A stretch of DNA of 64,000 bases from an uncultured bacterium (GTDB lineage: Bacteria > Patescibacteriota > Minisyncoccia > Phycocordibacterales > PALSA-1337), in assembly GCA_963701025.1 (NCBI GenBank), contig OY969557.1, positions 234,405 to 298,404 of the forward strand, written 5' to 3'. The notes beneath the pieces were generated by a model that saw only the letters and a program-made list of their open reading frames with translations, was not told the DNA's origin and did no database searches. Of this stretch, positions 8,148-17,271 are shown piece by piece. The position numbers and the translations under genes were made by a program. Position 1 is the first letter of the stretch, and every line of letters starts with the position of its first letter.

Positions 8148-11100
8148 CTAATTCGTCACGATTGACAGGAGTTTTCCTTTTACGACGATAATCTTCCTAA
8201 TCTCCTTCCCCTCCAGCCATTTCTTGGCTTCCGGCAGGGCTAAGGCGGCGGATTTGATGGCTTCTTCCGGCGTATCCGTCGCGGCCGTGAAGGTTCCGCG
8301 CATTTTTCCATTGATCTGAACGGCTATGGTCGCTTGGCTATCGACTATGAGCTTAGGATCATATTCCGGCCATTCGGATGTGTGAATCGACTTCTTGTTA
8401 CCAAAAGATATCCACAGCTCTTCAGTCACGTGCGGAGCGAACGGGGCTAGGAGTTTCAGATACGATTCAAACTGCGAGCGGCTTATGGCGGGCGACTGAT
8501 CCGGGCCGGACGCGGTTTTTTCAAGTTCATTGAGAGCGATCATGAGCGAGCTTATGGCGGTGTTGAAGCGCATGGCGCCGATATCTTCGGTGACTTTCTT
8601 GATGGTCTTTTGAAGTACGCGATCTATTCTAGTGCCCGCGGGGAGAATATTCTCTTTCGGCTCCTTCTCCAAAGTGTCAACTTTTTTGACGCTTTCGTCT
8701 GGCGACATATGAGACATACTATCCTCCACACGCTCCGCAAGTTTCCACACTCTTTCAATGAATCTCCGCGGCCCGACCATGCTCTCCGTGCTCCAGGCTA
8801 TAGACTGGTCGAACGGTCCCATGAACATCTCATAGATGCGCAGTGTGTCCGCGCCGAATTGTGCCACGATATCGTCGGGATTTACCACATTGCCGAAGCG
8901 CTTGGACATCTTGCGACCGTCTTCGCCCATGATCAATCCGACTGACTGTAATTTCGTGAAAGGTTCGCTGGTTGAGACGACCCCGATATCATTCAAAAAC
9001 TTATGCCAAAAACGGGCGTATATGAGATGCCTCGTGGCGTGCTCCGCGCCGCCGACATACAGGTCTACAGGCGACCAGTATTTCTCTTTCTTCGGGTCTA
9101 CCAATGCTTTTCTATTATTCGGGTCCTCGTAACGGAGATAATACCAGCATGAGCCGGCCCATTGCGGCATGGTGTTCGTCTCGCGCCTTGCCGGACCCTT
9201 GCACTTTGGGCATTTGACGTTGACCCAGCTTTTTATGGCGGCCAAGGGCGACTCGCCCGTGCCTGTCGGCTCATACGACTTGACCTTTGGAAGCTCGACC
9301 GGCAGGTCTTTTTCCGGTACGGGCACGACGCCGCACTTCCCGCAGTGGATGAGCGGTATCGGCTCACCCCAATAGCGCTGGCGGGAGAAGACCCAGTCGC
9401 GAAGCTTGTATTTCATCACCCATCTGCCGCCGACAAAGGCGGTAATGTCTTTTTTGACGGAGTCGGAAGATTTATCAGAAAATGACCCGGAATTTATAGT
9501 AGTGCCTTCGCCGGTGAACGGCCGAGCGCTTCCATCATATATCTTATTAGTCCTATCATACTCAAGCTCCACCGCTCTCGTTACGCCGTTCTTGAGAAAT
9601 ATGATCCAATGATCATAGTCATGCATGTGGTTGTTCTCTTCCCACCATTTAATGATTTTATCAGGTTCCGACCAAACAAGAGTGTAATCTTCGTGTTTCT
9701 CTTGTTTAAGGGATTTAAGAGCATCATCTTGAAGTATAAGCAAGAGACATGTGGCTCGAGCTACGCGGTCGATCTTTTTCTTCGAATTATGATAATGGAC
9801 GAATGCGTCGTCGATCGTTTCCTTATACGAGAAATGGTGCAGGCCGCTCTCTTCCTCGACTTCGCGTAAAATACCCTCAACGAGATTCTCCTGAACACCA
9901 ACGCCGCCGCCGAAAAGATCATACTTCCCCTCGGGTAATCTTCCGAAAGCATATTTTTGCGTATTCGGATCGAATATAACCGCGCAGCCTCCATCTCTTC
10001 GTTCCTCATTGGGACGCTTTGTGCCTGTTTCCCAGGCGATGACCTGTCTTATCGGCAATTTGAATTTTTTGGCAAAAGCGAAATCTCTGTCGTCATGGGC
10101 GGGCACGGCCATGACGGCGCCCGTACCGTAGTCGGCCAGGACATAGTCGGCGATCCAGACGGGCACTTCTTCGTTATTGGCCGGATTGATCGCTTTGACG
10201 CCTTTCAATTCAACGCCGGTCTTTTCTTTATTCGCGTCGGTGCGTTCGATCTCGGTCTCGCTCTTTGCGCGGGCGACATAAGCTTCGATCTCAGCCTTAT
10301 TTTGGGTCTGCGGCAAAAGTACTTGAACCCACGGATGCTCCGGTGCCAACACCAGATAAGTCACGCCAAAGAGCGTGTCGGGACGAGTGGTGTAGACGGT
10401 CACCGACGGCGTAACGGCCTTGAGAATCTCCTTCTTATCCTCCGAAATAGCCAACCGGAAGTCGATCTCCGCCCCTTCGCTCCTGCCGATCCAGTTTCTT
10501 TGGGCCTCTTTGATGGACTCCGGCCAATCAAGGAGCGGCTTGGGCCAGCCCGCGGCCGGATCGCGCATGCGTTCGAGCCATATGGGGAGCTCAGAATTGA
10601 CCATCTTGCCGGGCACGAAATCCTCGGCCACGACCCACAGGATCTCGTTATGAGAAACCTCGCCTTTGGTCATCGATTCAGCGACGATGGGAACTCTGCC
10701 ATCGCTTTTGAGTTCGAAGTATGCAGCCTGGGCTATGGCCACGCGGTTCTCGCCCTTATGTTTGGTGTGATAGTGCGCTTCAGTCGGACCGCCCAATATC
10801 CTCTTGAATTCAAGATCCGTATAGCCTGTCTCCTCGCGGACCTCACGACGCGCGGTCTCTTCGGGTCTCTCGTCCCCCTCAATGCCTCCTATGACCACGG
10901 TATCCCAGCCGAACTTCTTATTGCGGATTATCAAATATTTCTGGGCCTTTGGATCGTAGACAATGGCGTGCGCTACATGACGCTTGACCAAAGGCGCGCC
11001 AGGCTGATGCGGATTGACTTTATCTATGAGCTTCGGCATGACATAGTCGTCCGCGTCGAGATCGCGCAACAAGCGATCCGCGTAATCGGTGATCTTGAGC

Positions 11101-11732
11101 ACCCATTGGCGCAGAGGCTTCTTTTCCACGGGCGTGCCGCAGCGCTCGCACCGGCCATTCTCGACGTCTTCGTTGGCCAGGACTGTCTTATCCGTCGGAC
11201 ACCAATTGACTGGCTCATACGATTCATATGCCAATCCTTTTTTGAAAAGCTGTAGGAATATCCATTGGGTCCACCGATAATAAGCCGGATCAGTCGTATT
11301 GACCTCGCGCGACCAGTCGTAGTCGAAGCCGAGGATCTCCAACTGCTCTTTGAACCGTTGGACATTCTTGGCCACGGCGACCATCGGATTGGTCTTCATC
11401 TTGATGGCGTAATTCTCCGCCGGCAGGCCGAATGCGTCGAAGCCCATGGGGTGCAGGACGTTCATACCCTGCATGCGCTTCATGCGGGAAATGACGTCGG
11501 TGGCGATGTAACCCTTGGGATGGCCGACATGTAGGCCGTCGCCGGACGGATACGGGAACATGTCGAGAATATAAAATTTGTCTTTACTTCCTCCCTTCTC
11601 CTTGCTTCCTGCTTCTTCTGTTCTATATATTTTATCGGCCGCCCACTTCTTCTGCCATTTCTTCTCGATCTTGGCTGGATTATACGGGGCCAGTCTTTGT
11701 GAGGTAGTCTTTTTCGCCATGGATGAAATCAT
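8148..11732 (-). CDS. leuS: Leucyl-tRNA synthetase carrying two in-frame NUDIX-box insertions (1194 aa)
   Basis: Carries HIGH (HVGHPKGY), KMSKS (KMSKRFGN), the CP1 editing motif TTRPDTLFG and VMAVPAHDDRDF. It is about 330 aa longer than typical bacterial LeuS. Extra segments lie at about aa 232-398 and 566-772. Each contains a canonical NUDIX box: GGIEGDERPEETARREVREETGY (10818-10886) and GGGVGVQENLVEGILREVEEESGL (9840-9908). Confidence 0.9.
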   Translation of the reverse strand: MISSMAKKTTSQRLAPYNPAKIEKKWQKKWAADKIYRTEEAGSKEKGGSKDKFYILDMFPYPSGDGLHVGHPKGYIATDVISRMKRMQGMNVLHPMGFDAFGLPAENYAIKMKTNPMVAVAKNVQRFKEQLEILGFDYDWSREVNTTDPAYYRWTQWIFLQLFKKGLAYESYEPVNWCPTDKTVLANEDVENGRCERCGTPVEKKPLRQWVLKITDYADRLLRDLDADDYVMPKLIDKVNPHQPGAPLVKRHVAHAIVYDPKAQKYLIIRNKKFGWDTVVIGGIEGDERPEETARREVREETGYTDLEFKRILGGPTEAHYHTKHKGENRVAIAQAAYFELKSDGRVPIVAESMTKGEVSHNEILWVVAEDFVPGKMVNSELPIWLERMRDPAAGWPKPLLDWPESIKEAQRNWIGRSEGAEIDFRLAISEDKKEILKAVTPSVTVYTTRPDTLFGVTYLVLAPEHPWVQVLLPQTQNKAEIEAYVARAKSETEIERTDANKEKTGVELKGVKAINPANNEEVPVWIADYVLADYGTGAVMAVPAHDDRDFAFAKKFKLPIRQVIAWETGTKRPNEERRDGGCAVIFDPNTQKYAFGRLPEGKYDLFGGGVGVQENLVEGILREVEEESGLHHFSYKETIDDAFVHYHNSKKKIDRVARATCLLLILQDDALKSLKQEKHEDYTLVWSEPDKIIKWWEENNHMHDYDHWIIFLKNGVTRAVELEYDRTNKIYDGSARPFTGEGTTINSGSFSDKSSDSVKKDITAFVGGRWVMKYKLRDWVFSRQRYWGEPIPLIHCGKCGVVPVPEKDLPVELPKVKSYEPTGTGESPLAAIKSWVNVKCPKCKGPARRETNTMPQWAGSCWYYLRYEDPNNRKALVDPKKEKYWSPVDLYVGGAEHATRHLIYARFWHKFLNDIGVVSTSEPFTKLQSVGLIMGEDGRKMSKRFGNVVNPDDIVAQFGADTLRIYEMFMGPFDQSIAWSTESMVGPRRFIERVWKLAERVEDSMSHMSPDESVKKVDTLEKEPKENILPAGTRIDRVLQKTIKKVTEDIGAMRFNTAISSLMIALNELEKTASGPDQSPAISRSQFESYLKLLAPFAPHVTEELWISFGNKKSIHTSEWPEYDPKLIVDSQATIAVQINGKMRGTFTAATDTPEEAIKSAALALPEAKKWLEGKEIRKIIVVKGKLLSIVTN

Positions 11733-12056
11733 AGCTCAAAACCGGCAAACAAAAAAGGCCGTCGCGACTAGTGCGACGAGCCTGGGTGTTTTTCGCTGGA
11801 AGCATGTTCTTCCCCGATGAAATCACCGAGCTTGCTTTCTGAATCGTGTGGAGTCGGCCCTCGAAGCCATTTCAAGAAGTTTGCTACCGAGAGCGCGACG
11901 GCAATCACCGGCTTGACTGCGGTCTCTGGCACGCCAGTCGTCGGTGAGCCAACCGAATGGGTCATCGTTTTTCGGAATTCAAACGGCATAAAGTTCTTTC
12001 TTTTTTTCTACCGGCGACGATCATAGCATATCGATCCTAAAAAATCAAGCGAGTAT

Positions 12057-13172
12057 TCATATCTTAAATTCTATGACATCCCCGTCTTTGACGACGTATC
12101 CTTTGCCTTCGATGCGGATGATGCCCTTCTCGCGGGCGGCGGCGTACGAGCTGGCACCGAGCAATGCGTTCCACTCGATGACTTCGGCCCGGATGAACTT
12201 GTCTTTGAAATCGCCGTGGATAGCCGTGCCGGCCAATGGCGCTGTCCAGCCGCGCTTGATCGTCCAGGCGCGCGTCTCGTCTTCGCCGGTGGTGAAATAG
12301 GTGATGAGATCCAGAAGCTCATAGCCCTTCTTGATCAGATCGTTGATGCCGTCATCTTTGGTGCCGAGGCCTTCACGCATCTCTTGCTTCTCCTCCGCTT
12401 CCATATCCTTGAGATCCTGCTCGATGCCGGCGTCAACAATGACCCATTTAGCCTTGTTATCGGTGAAAAACTTCATCAACGATTGGAATCGCGCATCTGG
12501 TGTGCCGCTCGAATCTTTCATCTCATCCAGATTATTGCCGCCGGACTTTTTATTCAATACATACATGAAAGGCTTGTTCGTCAGAAGATGCAATTGCCTC
12601 AAAAAAGGCCCTTCGAATTCATTCGCTACGACAGTCGAAGCGAGCTTACCCTCTTCAAGGGCTTTTTTAAGTCTCTCGACAATGCCTTGCTCGATGAGAG
12701 CTTCTTTCTTGCCGGCTTTGACTTCTTTTCCCAGATTGGCCAGCCGCTTCGTCACCGTATCCATATCAGCCAGAATAAGTTCTAGGTTAATGACTTCTAT
12801 ATCTTTCAATGGATTTATCTTTCCGTCGACATGGATGATATTGTCGTCCTCGAATATGCGCACGACTTCGGCGATAGCGTCGGTCTCGCGGATATTGGAG
12901 AGGAACTGGTTGCCGAGGCCTTCGCCGGTCGACGCGCCCTTGACCAAGCCGGCTATGTCCACGAACTCCACCGCCGCCGGAACAGTCTTGGCCGATTTCG
13001 AAAAAGCCGAGAGCTTGCCCAGTCTTTCGTCCGGCACCGCTACCACTCCAACCGACGGATCGATGGTGGCGAAGGGATAGTTGGCTACCAAAACGCTTTT
13101 ACGCGTGAGCGCGTTAAAGAGCGTGGATTTCCCCACATTAGGCAGGCCGACGATGGCGATGGAGAGCGACAT
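12057..13172 (-). CDS. ychF: Ribosome-binding ATPase YchF (Obg-like GTPase family)
   Basis: Starts MSLSIAIVGLPNVGKSTLFNALT with a C-terminal TGS domain; 371 aa. Confidence 0.9.
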   Translation of the reverse strand: MSLSIAIVGLPNVGKSTLFNALTRKSVLVANYPFATIDPSVGVVAVPDERLGKLSAFSKSAKTVPAAVEFVDIAGLVKGASTGEGLGNQFLSNIRETDAIAEVVRIFEDDNIIHVDGKINPLKDIEVINLELILADMDTVTKRLANLGKEVKAGKKEALIEQGIVERLKKALEEGKLASTVVANEFEGPFLRQLHLLTNKPFMYVLNKKSGGNNLDEMKDSSGTPDARFQSLMKFFTDNKAKWVIVDAGIEQDLKDMEAEEKQEMREGLGTKDDGINDLIKKGYELLDLITYFTTGEDETRAWTIKRGWTAPLAGTAIHGDFKDKFIRAEVIEWNALLGASSYAAAREKGIIRIEGKGYVVKDGDVIEFKI

Positions 13173-13176
13173 ATGC

Positions 13177-14577
13177 TTATTCTACCTCCTTCACACCTTT
13201 AGCATACTTCTTCAACGGCAATCTGTCCCAATTCTCCAATATCGACGTCACAAATCTCCACGACGCCATGATCTCGTCCGTCGAGGCGAACAGGGTCTGG
13301 TCGCCGACGAAGACGTCGTGGATGAGACGCTCGTAATCGTTCGGTATATCCGAGGAGAACGGCGTGTCCGCGTAGTTGAATCGAAGGGTTTTGGCCACGG
13401 AAGCGGATGAATATCCCGGCTGTTTGACGAAAAAACATATCTTAATACCTTCGTCCGGCTGTATGCGGAAGGTAAGGATATTCTGTCGGAGCGAATCATT
13501 GGCCGCTTTACCGCTGGCGATACCGCCGCTATTTTTGAAATAGACTTTGATCTCGGTCTTTGCCCCGGCCATAGCCTTGCCTGATTCGAGATAGAACGGC
13601 ACGCTTTTCCATCGCGCCGTATTGACCCGAGCCTCTATGCGGAAGTACGTCTCCGTCTTCGAATCGGCCTTGACTCCCGGTTCAGAGAGATACCCTTCGT
13701 ATTGGCCGCGAACGACCTGCGTGACAAGCGAGCGGCGCGACAGAGGAGAAAGCTTGGAAAGTATCTTTGCCCGGCCGCGACGGATATCCTCGGCGGAGAA
13801 CGACGCTGGAGCCTCCATAGCGACGAGGGCGAGCATGGCCAGCATGTGGTTCTGACCGACGTCTTTCAAAGCGCCGACGGGATCATAGAAAGCGCCCCGC
13901 CCTTCCATGGCGACCTTCTCGAAAAGCCTGATATGTATCTTGTCTACGTATTGCCGCCGCCACAACGGCTCGAATATGGCGTTGGCGAAACGGAAGACGA
14001 GGATATTCTGCAGAGATTCCTTTGCCAGATAATGGTCGATGCGGAATATCTGCTTTTCGTCGAAGAGCTTGCCCAGAAGTTTGTCGAGCGAGCGCGCCGT
14101 GGCGATATCGTTGCCGAACGGCTTCTCGATGAGTATGCGCGTCCATCCGATGCCGTTATCGCACGGGATATTGAGCTCTGAAGCGGCGATATTGGTGAGG
14201 ATGCCGTGATATAAAGTCGGCGGCACGGAGAGATGGAAGAGCTTGTTCGAACATTGGCCCCAGCGGTCGTCGACGGACTTCATCGCCGCAGACAGGCGAG
14301 CGTACATGAGAGGATCGTCGAAGTTTCCCTGTTCATACGAGATATGATCGAGGAAATGCTTGATATCCTCTTCCCGGAATTCGCCCTGCCTGACGTTCAT
14401 GCGAGAACGGATATATTCGCGGAATTCTTCGCGCGAGAACGAGCGGCGGGTGATGCCGATGACGGCGAAGCGCTTGGGAAGACGGCCTTTGGAGTAGAGT
14501 CCGAGCAAAGCCGGCAAGAGCTTGCGGGCGGAGAGATCTCCCGTTATGCCGAAAACGACGAATATGGTCGGTTGCAT
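13177..14577 (-). CDS. zwf: Glucose-6-phosphate 1-dehydrogenase
   Basis: VFGITGDLSARKLLPAL NADP-binding motif and the RIDHYLAKE active-site motif; 466 aa. Confidence 0.9.
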   Translation of the reverse strand: MQPTIFVVFGITGDLSARKLLPALLGLYSKGRLPKRFAVIGITRRSFSREEFREYIRSRMNVRQGEFREEDIKHFLDHISYEQGNFDDPLMYARLSAAMKSVDDRWGQCSNKLFHLSVPPTLYHGILTNIAASELNIPCDNGIGWTRILIEKPFGNDIATARSLDKLLGKLFDEKQIFRIDHYLAKESLQNILVFRFANAIFEPLWRRQYVDKIHIRLFEKVAMEGRGAFYDPVGALKDVGQNHMLAMLALVAMEAPASFSAEDIRRGRAKILSKLSPLSRRSLVTQVVRGQYEGYLSEPGVKADSKTETYFRIEARVNTARWKSVPFYLESGKAMAGAKTEIKVYFKNSGGIASGKAANDSLRQNILTFRIQPDEGIKICFFVKQPGYSSASVAKTLRFNYADTPFSSDIPNDYERLIHDVFVGDQTLFASTDEIMASWRFVTSILENWDRLPLKKYAKGVKEVE

Positions 14578-14658
14578 GAGCGTATTCTACCCTAGAATTC
14601 TTCCCCCCACTTCACCCAAGCCGGATATATCGTTCCCGCCACGAAGACGCATGGCAGG

Positions 14659-16311
14659 ATGATAATGGCGGATATGCCCCATAGGACGACGAAGAAGAAT
14701 TTGAATATATGCTCCATGGCCAGCATGGTATACTATTTCGCGATGAATATCCACCTCATAATCCACAACATCGGCTTCATCATATCTGCCGGCGCGGCCC
14801 TAGGCATATTCTTCTTTTTCGTCCTTAACAAGGAGCGAACGACGGCGAGCATCACCTTCGGCCTTCTCACGCTATGCGTCGCCATTTGGATCATAGCCCA
14901 TGTCATAGGAGTTAGCGTCTCCGACCCGGTGCTTTCGCGCAATATCCTGATGCTCAATCTGGTCATGATCGGGTTCGCCGCCCCGTTGAATGTCCACTCC
15001 GTCCTGGCGTTTTTGGGAAAAGCCCGCGAGCGATGGTATATGCTCGCCATCATATACGCGGCTGGCATATTCATGACCGTCTGGTTCGCCTGGCACCCGG
15101 ATCTGTTCCTTCTGCCATCGGTGCCAAAGATGTACTTTCCGAACTATTACAATCCGGGAATTCTGAACTGGACTCGTATGGCTTTCTTTTTTGGAGTATG
15201 CATGGTCTACATGTTAGTAGAGCTTTTCATCGGCTATATCCACGAGGCCGAGGCCAAGAAGAAACAGCAGATGAAATATTTAATCATCGCTATTATCATA
15301 GGATATGCTGTCGGCAATATGCCCAATTTTCTCGTCTACAATATTCCGATCGATCCTTTTTGGGGTACTCTCTTCGTGGCTCTGTTCGCCGTACCGTTCA
15401 TATACGGCATCATCAAATACGAGCTGTTCGACATCCGTGTCATCGCTAAAAAAGCTTTTGTGTACAGCATAAGTATCGCCGCCGTGGGAGGACTGATCAT
15501 ACTATTCGACTATTCCAATCGCCTGATAGAAAGTGTTTACCCGAATTTTCCTGTCTGGATCACCCCGCTCATATCAGCCATCCTGGTTGTTCTGGTGGCC
15601 GGTTTCGTCTGGCGCACGCTCCGCGAGGGCGATCTCCTGAAATACGAGTTCATCACCACCGTCACCCACAAGTTCCGCACTCCGCTCACACACATCAAGT
15701 GGGCTTCCGAGAACCTGTCAAAGGGCTCCCTTTCGGCTGACGGCAAGACCCAGGTTGAATACATAAAGACCGCTGATGAGAAGCTGGTCGAGCTGACCGG
15801 ATTGCTCATGAATGTCTCGGAGACCGAGAACAGTAACTATGAATATCACCTCGCTCGCGGCGACATATCTAGGTTCTTGAACGAGATCGCGGAGGGTTAC
15901 CGTGAGCATTATGCCATCAAGAAAATAACGGAAACTAGTGACATCCAGCCCGGTCTTTACGCCGAGTTCGACGAGTCGCGGATCAAATTCGTTCTCCAGA
16001 CTTTATTGGAGAACGCCATTAACTACACTTCCGAAGGCGGTACCGTGAGCATTTCCATGAAGATGAGCGGTTCCGACATCGTCTGTTCGGTCAAGGATTC
16101 CGGCATAGGCATCCCCAAGGATGAATTGCCCCGCCTATTCTCGAAGTTTTACCGCGGGTCCGGCGCCAAGCTCGCCGACACCGAAGGCATGGGCATAGGA
16201 CTTTACATATCCAGGCAGATAATGGCGCGTCACAGGGGAAAGATCTGGGCTGAATCGGAAGGCCCCGGCAAAGGCAGCACCTTCAGTTTCTCGTTGCCGA
16301 TGGCCGGATAG
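14659..16311 (+). CDS. Sensor histidine kinase with N-terminal polytopic (about 7TM) membrane domain
   Basis: About 300 aa with multiple hydrophobic helices, followed by the H-box HKFRTPLTHIKWASENL and a HATPase_c domain (GMGIGLYISRQI). No response regulator is adjacent. Confidence 0.8.
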   Translation: MIMADMPHRTTKKNLNICSMASMVYYFAMNIHLIIHNIGFIISAGAALGIFFFFVLNKERTTASITFGLLTLCVAIWIIAHVIGVSVSDPVLSRNILMLNLVMIGFAAPLNVHSVLAFLGKARERWYMLAIIYAAGIFMTVWFAWHPDLFLLPSVPKMYFPNYYNPGILNWTRMAFFFGVCMVYMLVELFIGYIHEAEAKKKQQMKYLIIAIIIGYAVGNMPNFLVYNIPIDPFWGTLFVALFAVPFIYGIIKYELFDIRVIAKKAFVYSISIAAVGGLIILFDYSNRLIESVYPNFPVWITPLISAILVVLVAGFVWRTLREGDLLKYEFITTVTHKFRTPLTHIKWASENLSKGSLSADGKTQVEYIKTADEKLVELTGLLMNVSETENSNYEYHLARGDISRFLNEIAEGYREHYAIKKITETSDIQPGLYAEFDESRIKFVLQTLLENAINYTSEGGTVSISMKMSGSDIVCSVKDSGIGIPKDELPRLFSKFYRGSGAKLADTEGMGIGLYISRQIMARHRGKIWAESEGPGKGSTFSFSLPMAG

Positions 16312-16339
16312 GTGGTCCGTCCGAGAATACGTTTCGCGG

Positions 16340-16413
16340 TGCACCCTAGAGGGCTCGAACCTCTGGCCTCGCCCGTGTGAAGGGCGCGCTCTAGCCAACT
16401 GAGCTAAGGGTGC
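16340..16413 (-). tRNA. tRNA-Val (anticodon CAC)
   Basis: Folded manually. Acceptor GCACCCT/AGGGTGC, anticodon stem CGCCC/GGGCG, loop TTCACAC, T-loop TTCGAGC. No encoded CCA. Confidence 0.75.
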
Positions 16414-16459
16414 GAGGAAAATTCCTAATTTCTAATTGATCTACTTTCTAATCTCACTG

Positions 16460-16530
16460 TCGGGCTGCCGGGAATCGAACCCGGACCGCATCCACCCCAT
16501 GGATGTATACTACCACTATACTACAGCCCG
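16460..16530 (-). tRNA. tRNA-Pro (anticodon GGG)
   Basis: Acceptor CGGGCTG/CAGCCCG, anticodon stem CATCC/GGATG, loop ATGGGGT, T-loop TTCGATT. No encoded CCA. Confidence 0.75.
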
Positions 16531-16630
16531 AGCCGACAGTTTACGGCATTTTTGAGAATTACTCAATCCATGTTACAGTTTCGGGCGTTACGGGCCCGTA
16601 GCTGTTTTGGTAGGTATCGCCCGGAACATT

Positions 16631-16703
16631 GGGCCCGTAGCTCATCTGGTAGAGCGCCGCTTTTGCAAAGCGGAGGCAAGCGGTTCGAGTCCGCTCGGGT
16701 CCA
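16631..16703 (+). tRNA. tRNA-Ala (anticodon TGC)
   Basis: GGGCCCGTAGCTCATCTGGTAGAGCGCCGCTTTTGCAAAGCGGAGGCAAGCGGTTCGAGTCCGCTCGGGTCCA. G3:U70 Ala identity pair; anticodon loop TTTGCAA. Confidence 0.85.
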
Positions 16704-16782
16704 CTTGATTTTTCTAGAAGTGCTATAATGGGCGCTTGGTCGAATGCCTTATCAGCATTATAAGCATTAAACATAAACGACC

Positions 16783-16860
16783 ATGGCAACTTGCCCTTCT
16801 TGTCCTCATGAGGCTCACACGGGCGCATGTCCCGTAACGGGATGCACCTGCGGCAAATAG
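16783..16860 (+). CDS. Candidate micro-ORF encoding a 25-aa cysteine-rich peptide (MATCPSCPHEAHTGACPVTGCTCGK)
   Basis: ATG...TAG open frame with 6 Cys in 25 residues, immediately followed by a perfect hairpin terminator. No obvious Shine-Dalgarno, so coding status is uncertain. Confidence 0.2.
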   Translation: MATCPSCPHEAHTGACPVTGCTCGK

Positions 16861-16880
16861 ATCGTGAGACCGCCTCAAAC

Positions 16881-16910
16881 AAAATCATCCGCCAGCTGGC
16901 GGATGATTTT
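16881..16910. terminator. Bidirectional rho-independent terminator (AAAATCATCCGCC-AGCT-GGCGGATGATTTT)
   Basis: Perfect 13-bp inverted repeat flanked by an A-run and a T-run. It lies between the micro-ORF/tRNA-Ala (plus) and cspA (minus). Confidence 0.8.
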
Positions 16911-16935
16911 GCGTTACCATTAGGAACTCTAGAGA

Positions 16936-17136
16936 CTATGCGCGCTGTACGTTGACGGCGTTCGGTCCCTTCGGAGAATCTTCGGTCTCAAAGGTGACGG
17001 CATCGCCTTCGTGGAGTTCAGCGAACTGAACGCCGACGAGGGAGTTGCTGTGGAAGAACAAGTCCTTGCCTCCAGCCTCCGTGGCGATGAAACCGAAACC
17101 TTTGTCCGTGAGCTTCTTGATTGTGCCCTTATTCAT
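16936..17136 (-). CDS. cspA: Cold-shock protein (CspA family)
   Basis: MNKGTIKKLTDKGFGFIATEAGGKDLFFHSNSL with the RNP1/RNP2 motifs KGFGFI and LFFH. Confidence 0.9.
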   Translation of the reverse strand: MNKGTIKKLTDKGFGFIATEAGGKDLFFHSNSLVGVQFAELHEGDAVTFETEDSPKGPNAVNVQRA

Positions 17137-17271
17137 TGGTGTATAGGTTGATTGCTAAAGTACAAATATATTAGGTTTAAGAAATTCGACTTTTTCGCAA
17201 CTTAACTCTTTGTGCTTATAAGGCTAGCATAGCTGTCTAGGACTTGTCAAGGGGTCGAAAATGTTGCCTTA

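Noticed and set aside
9957-11255. 432-aa plus-strand ORF inside leuS
   Set aside because: It is entirely antisense to the well-conserved leuS reading frame. Its composition is typical of an out-of-frame GC-rich sequence and there are no motifs.
12216-13080. 189-aa and 249-aa plus-strand ORFs
   Set aside because: Antisense to ychF. Ser/Ala/Arg-rich pseudo-protein composition.
16559-16888. 109-aa minus-strand ORF
   Set aside because: It spans tRNA-Ala(TGC) and the micro-ORF/terminator. No RBS. It overlaps a confidently folded tRNA.
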